A DNA stretch of 62,867 nucleotides, counting the filler, from Octopus bimaculoides (Eukaryota): NCBI RefSeq assembly GCF_001194135.2. It is 4 parts of 4 records of this genome, joined end to end, with 100 filler letters (N's around TTAATTAATTAA, not from the genome) between each part and the next. Parts side by side here need not be neighbours in the genome. Positions count along the whole stretch, not along the records: positions 1 to 21,720 come from NC_068989.1; positions 21,821 to 49,267 come from NC_068983.1; 2 more parts are not named here. One strand, 5' to 3'. Shown piece by piece: positions 14,262 to 29,148 of this stretch (positions are counted from its first letter, which is position 1; each line of letters opens with the position of its first letter). The translations under genes and the position numbers were made by a program. A model generated the notes under the pieces. The model made no database searches, was not told where the DNA came from, and was given only the letters and a program-made list of their open reading frames with translations.

Positions 14262-14472
14262 AATCCTTTCTACTATAAGCACAAGGCCGGAAATTTTGGA
14301 GGTCGTGGCTAGTCAATTATGTCGACCCTAGTACTTGTCTGATACTTATTTTACCGACTCGATATGATGAAAGGGAAACCAGACCTCTGCAGCATTTGGA
14401 TTCAGAAATTAAAGGATGACGAAATGCTGTTAAACACTTTGTCCAGCGCGCTAACGATTCTGCCAGCTCAGC
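14262..14472 (-). mobile_element. SINE-like family C copy
   Basis: Reverse complement begins ggcgctgagctggcagaatcgttagc and ends ccttgtgcttatagtagaaaggattatt. Confidence 0.75.
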
Positions 14473-14875
14473 GCCTTATTTTGGGCATTCATAATGGTAT
14501 ATTATGCCATTTACTTTGCATCACTTTGATTATACGTGAGGCGTCTTTTTAAATAAACTATATTCATAATCCACCAAACTATTGATAATACTATTGAGCG
14601 TCGTTTTTCACTATTTAAGTCAATATTGATCTTGGTTTCGTCTGTTGTTGTGTATGACAGACACATGGGCACCCCACCATATACAAACACCTGCACTCAC
14701 ACACACACACACGTCACACGCACGTATGTATATTGTCATATACGTTTGTATATGGCTAGCACTAAACTTTTGAAAATATATTGTTACCAACACGACCAAC
14801 AAGTTTTGTGCTTCATAATTTAAATATACATAAATGTAATGTATGCATGCACATACTGAAAAGGAAAAATGTACG

Positions 14876-14920
<45 letters not shown>

Positions 14921-14947
14921 ATGTGCGTGTGCGTGTGTGCGTGTATC

Positions 14948-15240
14948 AATCGCTATGCTAATCTCATATCTTCCTTCCGACACAGGCACAACAGTAACGC
15001 TACTAAGTTGGCTAGCTACGTATGGCGTTTGTAGTTGAATATCACACCACAAGCGATAAAGTGGAAAATAGTCTAAAAATTCAGACCCTATGTTCCCGGA
15101 CAAAAGACTGTAATCTATGCGTAGCTGTAAGAATTGAGATCCCTCTCAGATGTAAGAACTGTCACACACTGCTGAATTGTAGATTCGAAATTTTCAGTGG
15201 TTGTAAGCATGTTGCTAAGTTCCTGTTGACGAATTAGAAC
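14948..15240 (+). mobile_element. Penelope-like element, GIY-YIG endonuclease C-terminal fragment
   Basis: RYANLISSFRHRHNSNATKLASYVWRL, CNLC, and LLNCRFEIFSGCKHVAKFLLTN* match the conserved PLE endonuclease tail. Confidence 0.8.
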
Positions 15241-16489
15241 AAAAGTACCACCAACTCTATGCCACTATCCGTTCAGCCTTATATTTTAGGATCTCAGAGG
15301 AAATAACTCGAACTCCCTCCTTTTGCTTCTTTCTGCTTTCGTTTCCGGTTTTTCAACCTTCCACATTTTATATCTATTTCCTTCCGCCGTTTCTCGTTTT
15401 TTTTCTCATCCTATCGTCTTACTTTTAGTTTGGTATGCCACGTTGGCTGTTCCTATATATNNNNNNNNNNNNNNNNNNNNNNNNNNNNNNNNNNNNNNNN
15501 NNNNNNNNNNNNNNNNNNNNNNNNNNNNNNNNNNNNNNNNNNNNNNNNNNNNNNNNNNNNNNNNNNNNNNNNNNNNNNNNNNNNNNNNNNNNNNNNNNNN
15601 NNNNNNNNNNNNNNNNNNNNNNNNNNNNNNNNNNNNNNNNNNNNNNNNNNNNNNNNNNNNNNNNNNNNNNNNNNNNNNNNNNNNNNNNNNNNNNNNNNNN
15701 NNNNNNNNNNNNNNNNNNNNNNNNNNNNNNNNNNNNNNNNNNNNNNNNNNNNNNNNNNNNNNNNNNNNNNNNNNNTATATATATATATATAAGTATGTAT
15801 GTATGTATGTATGTATGTATGTATGTATATGCATAGCGTGATTGTGGGTGTTATGCGTTACACTGAAGAAGCAAATATTTTCGCGTTTCTTTACGTTTAT
15901 TATATATTTCTTATATTTTCTAAAGAGATTTGTTTTTGTTTAGTTTCGAACAAAACCGTACTTAGATCAATGAATATTCAAGTCTTTCTCGGTGTAATTA
16001 TTTCATTCAAAGGACAACAGTGAATCGTTGCTGACGTATTTTGTAGAAGTCAGCAACGGATAAGAGTCATCTTGTGACTGAAAAATTGTCTTCTCTGGAT
16101 TTAAAATTATTTAATGATTAACTATCCTGCCATGTGTGTGATAAATATTCACTTAAATGGAATCTCTTTTGAGACGTGACGTTATATTTTCCTCTATTAA
16201 AGAAACCTTATATGAGGAAATGTCAAAATATCTGAACTAGCACTAATTAATATCGGATACATGAATACGCTATTATTCCAAACTGTAGAACTACGTAAGT
16301 ACAAATCCACACACACTAACTGCTACAAAAGATAAAGCACTCAATTAAATCAAGGAAACCTCGAATTTATTATACACATGAATCAAACGCGACATAGTGA
16401 TAGAATATGTGAATACATCATTACGAACTATTTAAATAGAACATCTATCACATATAACGACAAATTCATATTATACAAAGACAAGGTTG

Positions 16490-16712
16490 TGAGCAAGCAG
16501 AATCGGTAGCACGTCGAGCAAGATGTTTGGTGATATTTCGCCCGTCTCTATGTTCTGAGTTGAAATTCCACCGAGCTTGACTTTACCTTTCATCCTTTTG
16601 TGGGGGTCGATAAAACAAGTACCAGTCGAACACTGTGGTCGACTTCATCGGCTTGGCTCCTCCTCCTCCAAAAGTGCTGGCCTTGTGCCAAAATTTGAAA
16701 CCAGTGTTACAC
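16490..16712 (+). mobile_element. SINE-like family C copy
   Basis: gcagaatcggtagcac...ttctgagttgaaattcc...ggggtcgataaaacaagtaccag...ggccttgtgccaaaatttgaa. Confidence 0.75.
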
Positions 16713-17059
16713 AACGATCAAAATTTGACATCAGCACTCTAAATACCTACCTGACTCAATATATTATTAAACATAACACATAAACTTTTTTCTCCATACA
16801 TAAGCTTAAACATAAGTTTAAACCTAGAAACTAAAAGCAGTGGATTTACAACTAAAATACTATTGCTTAGGCACGCCCATTTCTTACATTGCCCTTAATG
16901 AACACCTCTACTCGCAAATGCAAGTTAATTGACTTCTCTGGAAGTTGAATTGTGGGTGGTAGCCAATGGTGCTCTCCATACAAGTGCCCACAAAATTAGG
17001 AATGAAGAGGACAATCACACTGTAGGTTCGTTGTTATTTAGCGGTATTAAGAAATCGAA

Positions 17060-17330
17060 AATACACAATCCAATACTCTATTTCGATATTATGAACTTTT
17101 AAAAATTCCTCACTGAATTTCTTCTTTTGAAAAATTTGGATTTTGGATAGGATTTACCATAGTTTTCCATCACGATTCTGGACGATATAACTCACTGTTA
17201 TGCAACGATGATTTCAACTACATTGGAAAAGAGGGATAACTCTCTTTTAGAAGTTTCCAAGAGGATCTTTGATGGGACTGAGAGGTACGACAACGTAATT
17301 CCCTCCTTTAGTTCGAACGGGCAGCCATAT
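17060..17330 (-). mobile_element. Highly decayed Penelope-like RT fragment
   Basis: HNSELYR...MVNP and EEFLK...YW motifs with stops; weak. Confidence 0.35.
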
Positions 17331-17407
17331 TAAAGTGGCTACGAGTATTACTTGTCAGTACAACTACTGCCTCCATTTCTCAGATTTTAGAACTAGCATT
17401 TTTGCGC

Positions 17408-17438
<31 letters not shown>

Positions 17439-17441
<3 letters not shown>

Positions 17442-17584
17442 GACAGGCTTCTTTCAGTTTTCGTCTACCAAATCTACTCACGAGGCCCGAGGCTATAGTA
17501 GAAGACGCTTGCCCAGGGTGCTGCGCGGCGGGACTGAACTCGGAACCATGTGGTTGGGAAGCAAACTTCTTACCTCACAGCCAT
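17439..17584 (-). mobile_element. SINE family A, 5' half only
   Basis: Head and CORE-like region ending in (TA)n. Confidence 0.85.
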
Positions 17585-19697
17585 ATCCATCTTTTCTCTA
17601 TCATCATATTCTTTTTTATCTATTTATCCTATAGGCTCTTACTTCTTCCTTAATTCATATTTCTACACCTCTCCTATCTTATAATTGATCTGATAGCTAT
17701 TCAGTTGTAACACAATTATCGTTGTTATTGTTATTGTTATTGTTATTGTTATTGTTAAATAAACATCATTAGGCTTCCTCTTCTCGTGGTTATTGATTCT
17801 TTGAGACCTTTAGATATTTCCATTAATCCAAATGCCGTTTGACAATTGCCGATTCTATAGCTTTCTAACGCTTTATTTTCACTGTTATGTATTTCAGAGG
17901 ATCGCATAAACTCACTTAATGAAATTACTCTATTTACTTTATCATCATATTATTTAATTTTATTACATCTTATTCTATTTTCTTATTATCCTCATTTAAC
18001 CCATTTTCCACATCTCAACTGGCATAAACTTACTTCACACCTACTATAATTAAACACTAGTTACAACAATATATATAATTATCTTACGAGATTTAATTAC
18101 TCATATCGAGTTATTTTAGTGTATCATTAATTATGATATGTATTATTCATTATTACTTTATTTGGTTTATAATTCACTCTGTTAGAACCTAGTGATAATT
18201 CTATTTTTTTATTTATTTATTCGCAATAAACATACGTTTTCACTAATATTTCAAAATCTAATATTTTAGCTAACAGCATTATGACCAATGGAAACTTACA
18301 ATTTTCCCACTACTTGCCTTATCACATTCATTATTGTAAGGACTATAATCTGAAAACTTAATTATCTTTTAAACCCATTTTGCCACCCTCTAACATCTCC
18401 CCTTGGCTACGTAATAGGCCTAGCCCACACTGGTGGTCAAAAATACGATGAGTTATTTGTATACGCAGCATTCCTCATTCTTTGTCACTAAACCGATTTC
18501 CCCATCTCACTTAATTTCCCATCCCTCTATACGCATATATAATTACTATGCGCACGCTTGTGTATGTACATACGTATGCAGACAGACATGTTTGTGCTCA
18601 TACGTATGTATATGTCAATTTCTATACACGTACGAATGTATATATGTATGTACTGGTACATGAGCACCTGTACATGTGTGTTAGTTTACACACACACACA
18701 CACACATACATACACACACATGTATAATATATACATATATATATATATATATANNNNNNNNNNNNNNNNNNNNNNNNNNNNNNNNNNNNNNNNNNNNNNN
18801 NNNNNNNNNNNNNNNNNNNNNNNNNNNNNNNNNNNNNNNNNNNNNNNNNNNNNNNNNNNNNNNNNNNNNNNNNNNNNNNNNNNNNNNNNNNNNNNNNNNN
18901 NNNNNNNNNNNNNNNNNNNNNNNNNNNNNNNNNNNNNNNNNNNNNNNNNNNNNNNNNNNNNNNNNNNNNNNNNNNNNNNNNNNNNNATATATATAAATAT
19001 ATGTATATATGGTGTGTGTGTGTACAAACTTCCTCTTAACCCCTATGTCAAACACGCCCTAACTAAACAGATCAGTCTCTATCTAGTCTCATATAATTCT
19101 CTCTCCCTCTCTCTCTCTCTCTGTTACACTATAAGATACTCTTCCAAGGCCTTCAAATTCAAATCTCATTCGTTCTCTATTCAAAGACAGAACTACTAAC
19201 TTCCAGTTTCCATTGCCAGGGATCTCCTCAAAACTCCACCTAGGGAGCTGCTAACTGACATCATCTTTTACCTAATACTTTAGTAACTCTTCGATCATGG
19301 AAATATCAACACATCTATCTTTCACCCTAGACATTCCTTGGATTCTCGAAAAACTGGTAACAAATAAAAATCCTCGATTAAGGACATTCTACATTTATAT
19401 ATTTTCATATTTATCTCTATCCGATGACGGAATACTTTTCTGACGTGAAATTGTTCACTCAATAACATTTGATCCACCTGCTTAGCTATTCCAGAAACAG
19501 CTGTAAGAGACTTTGAATATTTATTACAAGTGCTCTGCTCTCTGTTTATACAATAAATTAAATAATTCAAATGTTCTAGAATGATCTCAAATATTTCGCT
19601 TGTTCATTATGTTTAATATGCATGTGTGAGTGTGTGTGTGTGTGTGTGAGTGTGTATGTGTGTGCGCATGTGTGTGTGCGTGCGTGTGAGTGTGTTA

Positions 19698-19746
<49 letters not shown>

Positions 19747-19789
19747 TGTGTGTGTGTGTGTGTGTTTGTGTGTATACACACATACAACT

Positions 19790-20155
19790 TCCAGCATTCC
19801 TCTAAATTATGTTATCTTGCTGTCGGAATACGCCAGAGATTTTCTCAGCTATCTATAGATATTGACAGCTGGAATAAGGCAGCTCTCTACTACAATAATG
19901 CTTTATCAAAATCTTGATGGCTTTAAAGAGAATGTGGTATATACATGGAGACACCACACTTACGAGAGAAGATTCATGAACTTCAAACTAAACTGGTTTA
20001 TTCTGTCATTCAAACTGGGTATGATAACTAAAGTAGCCAGAAATGCAGTATTTAAAGTAAGGAAACATTTACCAGCGACACACAAAATCAATAATATTTT
20101 CAACACCCATTGCTTTAAGCTTAGCTATTCCTTCCAGAACAAAAACGCTTCCTAG
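19790..20155 (+). mobile_element. Penelope-like element, RT C-terminal/linker fragment
   Basis: WFILSF...TKVAR...KHLPATHKINNIFNTHCFKLSYS resembles the PLE consensus WFNPPF...KHFP..HKL.KIFN.N..K.SYS. Confidence 0.72.
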
Positions 20156-20663
20156 ACCAGACACTGCAACTGGTAACATATAGTGCCTCACCTCAACCTC
20201 CAAATTGTACATATTGAAATCTCTCTACTTGGCCGGCCAGGGATTTTTAACTTTTCAAAGTAGCGATACGTTTAACATATACATACATACATACATACAT
20301 ACATACATACATACATACATACATACATGCATCTGTGTATACACATGCATACTGACACACACACATGCGCACAAAGAAAAAGAACCTAGCTATGATAACG
20401 GACAGCGTCAACGACTATTGAAAAGGGTGCAATACGCAACCAAAATTTTAGAAAGATTAAATAATTAGATGAGTGGGAATCGAACCGGTGAGTGTGTTAA
20501 ATATCGAGGCACTAAAAGTGAATGACTCTCCCCAGGCACAATAAAATATGCTTCAACACACGAATTCACATAAATAAATCTTGCAATAATATATTAATTT
20601 ATCGTTAAATCTTATTGTATTTTTACACACACACACACACACAGAGACACATACACACACACA

Positions 20664-20714
<51 letters not shown>

Positions 20715-21034
20715 ATATATACCATATGTTACATATATATTATATAATACCTTGATACTGCGTGAACTAAAGATCCCTGTTGACAGGTCGTTGGTATTTA
20801 TGGAACGCTAAACACTTTCGGTATGCGAATTAGGGGCTCCTTCATAGGGTAACTGCTGCATTTGTTGAGTATATAACAGTTTGGCTGCTTGTTTCTGTGG
20901 GGATTGTCAGAATGATTTTAGACGCCTGTGATGAGAACCCAATGAGGTTCGAAAATCGATTAAGGTTGTTCATCGTTTTTTCAGTCTGCGGAGAAATGGA
21001 TAAAATTATCCCTGTTTCTAATTATACCATATTT

Positions 21035-21117
<83 letters not shown>

Positions 21118-21207
21118 ATACACGTATTTCTTATGTCCCTCAATCCCGGAGTCAGAATGGAAAAGTATCAATGATAAATTTCTAGTTTATGTATATATAT
21201 ACGTCGA

Positions 21208-21210
<3 letters not shown>

Positions 21211-21270
<60 letters not shown>
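21211..21270. repeat. (GA)n microsatellite
   Basis: Direct inspection. Confidence 0.97.
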
Positions 21271-21275
<5 letters not shown>

Positions 21276-21679
21276 AAGAGGAATACATGTAGGCATGTAC
21301 AAAGGTATATGTATGCATACATAAATACATACATGCACATGCACATGCATGTGTACACATATATGAACAACGCACGCACACACACATGCATGTATTAGTG
21401 TATGTGTTCGTTGTGAATTAGTGTACACAAGTATGTAGTTATCCCGAAAAATTCGCGTTGATTGTTTGCTTAAATTGAATGCTTAATTTACCGTCATGTT
21501 AAGACGTGTAGACATTGCTAAAGAGATCGAAGACCTCATACTGAGATAATTGCAACCATAGGAACAGACGAACGAAAAGATTTATATCCGTTGGGGAATT
21601 GCTAATGGCTGTCTCACAAACTAGCAGGTATTTTCCCAAAACATCCATCATGTTAACGAGTAAGTCATATATATGTGTA

Positions 21680-21720
<41 letters not shown>

Positions 21721-21820
21721 NNNNNNNNNNNNNNNNNNNNNNNNNNNNNNNNNNNNNNNNNNNNTTAATTAATTAANNNNNNNNNNNNNNNNNNNNNNNN
21801 NNNNNNNNNNNNNNNNNNNN
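21721..21820. other. Assembly join spacer N44-TTAATTAATTAA-N44
   Basis: Exactly 44 N + 12 nt + 44 N = 100 bp, identical at three places. Confidence 0.9.
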
Positions 21821-21908
21821 CAAAAGCCAATCACATAAGATTGGCCAGTGACTAGGTGATTAGATTGGTTGTACCCCAGCATGGCTGTGGCCATGGTGGG
21901 GTACAAAC

Positions 21909-21949
<41 letters not shown>

Positions 21950-22378
21950 AACGAACACACACACACATACATACATATATATACATATAGTTGCGTGTGT
22001 GTGTGTTGGGGGTGGGGGTGCTTGTGTGTGTATATGTGTGCGTGTTTTCTTTCGTATGTATGTATACCTGTATGTCTATATGTATATATGTATAATACCA
22101 GTTTATATAAGTTTTTAATGAAGCTTAACCAAAATATTGATGAGCTAATACGGATGATTTTGACGGTTACCAGATATATATAAGGGTATGTTTTAACTGG
22201 CATATAGTTGATATGTGCTTATTTGGAGGTTATTATGAATAATAAAAACAGTCAATTTAAGGAAGCTTGAGTGAAATGTAAATAAACACTGGTACAGTGT
22301 TATAGCAAATATAAAATGTCAGTGTGATTAGATCCATTTTGCCTGTGCACCTGTGGGTACGCGCACATCTTTATTATA

Positions 22379-22759
22379 TGTTGTTGTTGTTGGCACTCCG
22401 TCGCTTACGACGTCGAGTTAATCCTATCAACGGAACAGCCTACTCGGGAAATTAACGTGCAAGTGGCTGAGCACTCAACAGACACGTGTACTCTTAACGT
22501 AGTTCTCGGGGATATTCAGCGTGACACAGTGTGACAAGACTGACCCTTTGAATTACAGACACAACAGAAACAGGAAGTAAGACTGAGAGAAAATTGTGGT
22601 GGAAGAGTACAGCAGGGTTCGCCACCATCCCCTGCCGGAGCCTCGTGGAGCTTTAGGAGTTTTCGCTTAATAAACACTCACAACGCCCTGTCTGGGAATC
22701 GAAACCGCGATCCTATGACCACGAGTCCGCTGCCCTAACCACTGGGCCATTGCGCCTCC
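22379..22759 (-). mobile_element. tRNA-headed SINE family B, full length, (CAA)n tail
   Basis: Head GGAGGCGCAATGGCCCAGTGGTTAGGGCAGCGGACTC...GGTTTCGATTCCC carries A and B boxes; ~380 bp; a homologous 3' part lies at 4559-4668. Confidence 0.85.
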
Positions 22760-24394
22760 ACTTTTTATTAATAGCACAAGAAATTATTGTTCTCGGAAGT
22801 CATTATAATTTAAGTAATGTTGAAATAAATAATCATACTTCAAATATATATATATATATATATATTCAGAGCGTAGATACATGCAAGGAAAGTTGACGAC
22901 ATTTGGCTATTGAAGCAGAATGTCTATTAAAAATAAAATGGAATGTTGCCTGTATGGTACTTAGTTCCTTTTCAATGACATATTGATGAAATAAACATAA
23001 AACTTAAGCGTAATCATCGTAAGGTGTTTATGTCATATTACGTCTTTCGTACTATTGGTATTATTTAAAAATGCTCTCCTTGGATTATTCCTGGAGGGCT
23101 GATAAGGGAAATGACATAAAAAACATTCATTAATTAGATTTATAACTACGATAGGTTTCTTTTTTAAACACAGATGACAAAAGCGGATTGCATTTGATGC
23201 CGATTTTACGTTTTCAATTCAGCTAGCTTAAGTCGATGGCATACATTGAAATTAAGATGTGCTCAAATTTTGTATTAAAAAAAAATCAATTGTTCCTTTG
23301 TTTGCATTTTTGAAAGTTGTGCAAAGTGACATCTACTCTTTTGCAAATAATTAAAAACAGAAGGCTTTCGCAGACTCCTCATCTCAGCAAGACGTTCTTA
23401 ATAGAATTTAGCAAATTGAAGTAGAAACAAAAATAAAATAAGAATTAGGTTAAGATATTAATGAACACAATAATAGAAAGCAAGACGAGTAATAAACGCC
23501 CAAACAAAATCGTACTCGTAAAATTTAAGTACAGAAGTAATTTAGAATTGAAAACAAAGAAATAAAACAATTTACTACAAGTTTTCCTTACAAAATATGG
23601 AAATCGAAAGAGATTGAGTGGGGAATAAAAATAACGAAATACAAAGAGTATATGAGAGGTCAAAAGATCATCTACAGTAGATGGAACTAGATATGGCTTG
23701 CAGAAAAAAAAAACATTAGCCTCACAAATTCGATTACCGGTTGATAGATTCAATTTATGATTGATTCACTTACAGACATAATGCCGTCGGGAAAATTATA
23801 AAAAGCACATTTTATCAAATTTTCTGCATCCTATAGTTCAGACACGTTCTATTGAATTATATACATGCACAATGTTACATGTAAATGTACGTAATGCATT
23901 TCTTTAACAACATTATTTCGTGTGCGTTCCTGATAACATAAAGCGTAAATATACCAGAGTCAACGTATTTTCTAAGCATAATAACAAACCTCTGTAAAAA
24001 TAGGTCTCGATGTATAATCTCGACTGTTTGAGATCCAATCACACCGAAGCCAGCTTCACTGTTTATCTTTTCAAGATCGGCGAAAATGTAAAATGATGGC
24101 TGCTGGGTTGGAGAACTGTTGGAATACCGTACAGCATCTGTTTAGAGCAGGAATTCTGAACCATTTCCTTTTATCTATGGGCCTCTTTAATTACTATTTT
24201 ACTCTGATTGGATCCCTATAGCTATGCTATGTTTAAAAACTAGTTTTATAGATACTTCTATCAAAATTGCTCATTGTTATATCGCTCATTTGCTTGTGTA
24301 GTTTGAACCGTGTAAAACGTTAGAGAAAGAAACCTAGCTGTTTCTTGTAATAAATACACCTGAAGCTAAATCATTTCATGCATGGACACTTAAC

Positions 24395-24496
24395 ATGCCA
24401 TGTGGATCCCCAATTTACTATATTGCTTACGTGGAGCCTCAAAATGTTTATATGGACCCATGTGGGGGTCAAGTGGACTCCTGTTGAGAACCACCG
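24395..24496. mobile_element. hAT/Charlie-type MITE end
   Basis: Terminus gttgagaaccaccg is the reverse complement of a CAGTGGTTCTCAAC-type TIR, with internal ggggtc/ggaccc motifs. Only one end is seen. Confidence 0.5.
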
Positions 24497-25149
24497 ATTT
24501 AGAACTTTCGCATTTTGATATCTTTGGTTTTAGCGAATTGCCCCTAAAGTGTTGGCCCTCGATATGGCGTGAAGAGTGGAGAATTTTATGCATGAGCATC
24601 TGTCAGTCTTCCTAAATACTGACATACATAATCTTGTTTGGGCAATTTTCTAAATAATTCCTAAGCAAGTAAAGATGTAGTGACCCTGTTATCAATGTAG
24701 TATGGAGATTTCCCCAATGTTTTCGACTAAATCTAAATATCAATAGCATCAATAACGCATTTTTCTTCTAATTCTCATTTTTTGTCACGATCCATGTTTC
24801 CTTCCCTCTTCACTGGACTGAGTCAATACATACATACACACACACATACCTACACACATATATGCTTGCATGTATTGCGCAAGCTAGCTAATGCCAGCAG
24901 CATTGACAAGAATAGCAACATGTCCCGAGCCTGTGATAACTTCATCCCATCTCACGAAATAGGCTAAACCTTTGCAATGCAGTAACAAGAAGTAGCTAGT
25001 ATATATCTGATCATCAAAAGACGTAAGGATGTCCCTAAAATGCGTCACTTATATCATACCAATTTGAAATATACCACACATATTACCAGAAGCTTTCCAG
25101 AAATCACCGCAAGGTAATAACTTCCCAAAGATAATACCTCCCCATGTAA

Positions 25150-25460
25150 TTAAACTGGCTCGGATTTTGTTGATTTGAGCTCCTTGGATATTTTTAATAA
25201 TTTTTTTTCCATATTTAAATCCATCATTGCTTTTGTGATTAAATAGTTATGCCGCTTATGACATATCCAAAGCAAGGGGCGTAACTTTAGTCTGTGTTGT
25301 TTTATGACTTCTAATTTAAAGTAATCGACATCTGTTTTTATAAAGTGGATGTAATCTATGTATTCCCAGAGAATGTCACTCCAAATGTTTGGTAGAATTA
25401 TTGTAGGTGATATATGTGCTAACATCGTTAGTCTTCTTTGTTTGTAACCCTGTTTTACGT
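25150..25460 (-). mobile_element. Decayed LINE RT fragment (possibly Ingi/I-like)
   Basis: Alternative frames show QTFG...TSTL and LALDMS*A, resembling Q.GFR..HST..AL and VALDMSKAFD. Confidence 0.45.
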
Positions 25461-25849
25461 ATTCAGGGCGGTATACCCACATATAAATATATACGTACAT
25501 ACACATACATATATACACACACGCACACAAGCATATATGTGTGTAGATCTGAGAGTGTGTGAGGGTGTGTGTTCGTGCGTGTGTTTTTGTGTATGTGCGT
25601 GTGGACGTGTGTGTATATATATACACATATATGTATATATATATATATGTGTGTGTGTGCGTGTGTATATGTACGTCTACGCACATACATTCATACAGAC
25701 ATATACATATATATACATATATATATATATATGAGTGATGAGTGTGCATGTATCTATATGTATAAGTACATATCCACACACATACGCACACACACACGCA
25801 CAAACACACACACACACACACACACACTATATATATGTATATATATATA

Positions 25850-25894
<45 letters not shown>

Positions 25895-28717
25895 CATACA
25901 TGCACAAGCACATACATACTTACGTACATAAACATGCACATTTGCATGTATATATATGTATATATATATGTGTGTACCTGTGTGTGCACTCTGTCTTTCT
26001 CCCTTGAGGGTTATTGACGATACTATTCTTCTACTAATAAAATATCGTAAATGATGTACTACTTTGAAATTATCCGCAAAATTATGCGCTCGAATGCAAC
26101 TTATTTGATAGAAAATACTTACAAAGCATCGAAGCCAAACGAAGCCTCATACGGTAGCGTGTCCTGTTAAATATAGAAGCCATATATATATANNNNNNNN
26201 NNNNNNNNNNNNNNNNNNNNNNNNNNNNNNNNNNNNNNNNNNNNNNNNNNNNNNNNNNNNNNNNNNNNNNNNNNNNNNNNNNNNNNNNNNNNNNNNNNNN
26301 NNNNNNNNNNNNNNNNNNNNNNNNNNNNNNNNNNNNNNNNNNNNNNNNNNNNNNNNNNNNNNNNNNNNNNNNNNNNNNNNNNNNNNNNNNNNNNNNNNNN
26401 NNNNNNNNNNNNNNNNNNNNNNNNNNNNNNNNNNNNNNNNNNNNNNNNNNNNNNNNTATATATATGTACATATATATATGTTTACTACTTAAAATGATAT
26501 ACACATCGTTTTCAGCCGACAGGGCTGGTGTCTGTTTGCAGTTATTAGCACTATGTCAGACACGGAATTAACAGTGTGTGTAATTCTTATCATACATTTT
26601 GCTTTATGTGGGTAAACGTAGAACGTAACCAAAAACAATAACAACATTTAAATGAAAATTGTTTTAGCAGTAAAGGAAATACAAAAAGACAATCTATTTC
26701 TCTTAGTGTTAAACAATATAAGATTTTTCGTAAGAAAGCAAAATTGATCGTACTTAGATTTTTTGAAATAAGAAACTAATCTGAGATAATTGCGATAAAA
26801 AAGAGAAAAATATATAATATATATTTAGTCTGAAATTAGCAATATCACATCTTGCTTTTTAGTTCCTGTAAATTTCACTCTATAGTCCTTATGTAAATTA
26901 TACCTCGAAAATATAAAGAAAAGTTGATATCTTATCGACTGAATAGAATATCTAGTCTTAACGTTACTCAGTATTTATTATTATTAGTTTAGAAAATCCA
27001 ATTTACTCTCTTTCCTTTTTGATGTAGATTTCAATTCAGACTCCTATCAAAAGTTCTTTATACTGCTTTATTTTTTTCTGTTCTCGTTTCAATATACTTT
27101 TCTCTTTGTACTTTTGTCTGGTTTAGTATTTCGCTAATGTAAAATCAATTAAATGTATTATAGGAATTTAATCCAATTAGCAATTACACCTCTCAGTATT
27201 TTATCTTCCATTGATATTTTCTTTGGACTTTACGTGATGTACTAGTAAATGTTGTTAGAATTTCTTTGGGGATTTATTTTCAACATTGAACTGCCGAGTT
27301 TTCTTTTGAATATATGAAATATTCCTTTTGGTTGCATTAGATACTTTAGGTTGTCGTCTTTTTTGTCAACACTCACACACTCCCACATAATGATGCTATA
27401 TCGTCCAATTTCACATTATCACTAAATGTACGCAGCCAAACAATTCTTCCCTGAAGGAAAGATTTATACTCCCTTCGTAAAAGGAAGCACAATCAGGAAT
27501 ATTTAGTACAATGGCCTAAGCGATTAAGAATAATGTAGTCCATTCTATTAATGACATATTATAGAAATGCACCACTACATGTAAATGGTTACCAAAGAGC
27601 GACAGTTCAACAATCAAAAGAATAAGATCACACCCTCTAGATTTCCAATGATTTACTAACTCTTACTTTATCTATCGTGTAAACTGAAGATATCAACGGA
27701 AATATGATTTCTGTTCTTTTGTATCATTCATCCATATAATTTATAAGCAATGTGTCAGAGATCTTGTTTCAATTTCACGTTTGGGTTTCAGCTTCATCTA
27801 TCATAACTAACATGTATCTCTCGGAACAATGAGCCGGTATTAAGAAATTTAAATTTAATATTCAATCACATCGATTGAATCACATCATAATCATCCGACC
27901 TTTCAACAATATTAGCTTTGATTTTGCTTCAGTGTAAACTTCAAACATTTTGAAACGTTCACTGAGAAAGCTAATTTACATATGACGCCACATTTCAATG
28001 ATTAACATTAGCACAACAGTGTTTTTATTCAGCAATTATCTTATATCAAAGAACAGGACAAAACTTCAACATTAACGGCGAATTAATTCGAAATAAACGC
28101 AAGCTATAATATTAGTGTAGAAGAAAGCATCTAATTTTGAACAGCGTCCAAATATTCTGTAATTTTAACTTCAGTGCATATTAAGCATAGCATAGAAAAA
28201 CTGCCAGAAACTTCTACAGTGAAAGCAATAGTACAGCCAACTTTTACATCACATGACAACTGATTGCAAGTAAAGTCTATTCAAATGGTCGGTATATGAA
28301 CTTTTCCGTTAATCAACACAAGCAAATAGATTTCCCCTTCTAGACATAGTTCAGAGTAAAGTGCCTCGATGTCTGTTTCTTAAATAATTTACGTCGACAT
28401 GATAAACTAAGGAATAACTGGCGAATTTCAATTTACCATCTTAGATATGGATTTGTCTGAGATTGTGCTAAAAATATTTTACGCCACCAGCTGGTAATCT
28501 AGGATGGATATATTTGAGTACACATAACGAATGCGAACAAACACCGACCAAGCCCTCATTGACCTTGTAGGCATGTAGAATACAAAAAAGCCATTAAGTA
28601 ATCGAATGGATTCTGCGCGACTTCATATGAAGTAGTTTCAGGCAGCTATCAGAACATTTGTTGAAAATAGCAGAATAAACAGCTTGCACATATGTGCACA
28701 CTTTGAGGTAAACAATG

Positions 28718-28725
<8 letters not shown>

Positions 28726-28807
<82 letters not shown>

Positions 28808-28855
28808 ACACACACACACAAACAAACAAACACACACAAATACACACACACACAC
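28726..28855. repeat. (CA)n microsatellite
   Basis: Direct inspection. Confidence 0.97.
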
Positions 28856-29099
28856 GTATGTATATTTGCAAGCGTGTATATGTTTATGTATGTATGAGAA
28901 ATGCGAAATTCAAATACAGAGAACAATGGCAAACTTTAAGAATGTATAAAACGAAAACATTTGTGAGATTTTACATACAATTATTTAGATAAAATGAATA
29001 CATGCAGCATTGCATGCCAAAATGTTAGTACAAAATGCATGTGTGAATCTGTGTGAACATATCAGAGGCAGAGAGAGAGAGAGGCAAACAAATAGACAC

Positions 29100-29148
<49 letters not shown>

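Noticed and set aside
16026-16058. 10-bp perfect hairpin (cgttgctgac / gtcagcaacg)
   Set aside because: Short, single and without context; compatible with chance.
21765-21776. TTAATTAATTAA motif in three N runs (also 49312 and 53500)
   Set aside because: It is always centred in exactly 44+44 Ns and has stops in all six frames, so it is an assembly linker rather than biology.
22690-22759. tRNA-like sequences (also the heads at 7560-7618 and 44809-44870)
   Set aside because: They continue into repeated SINE bodies and lack a full acceptor stem, so they are SINE heads, not tRNA genes.
23876-24137. 87-codon minus open frame after a CAG acceptor
   Set aside because: No recognisable motif or strong donor; indistinguishable from chance without RNA data.
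25150-25827. 225-aa ORF with ~110 aa of unique-looking sequence
   Set aside because: The first half is microsatellite; the rest is better explained as an off-frame reading of a decayed LINE RT.
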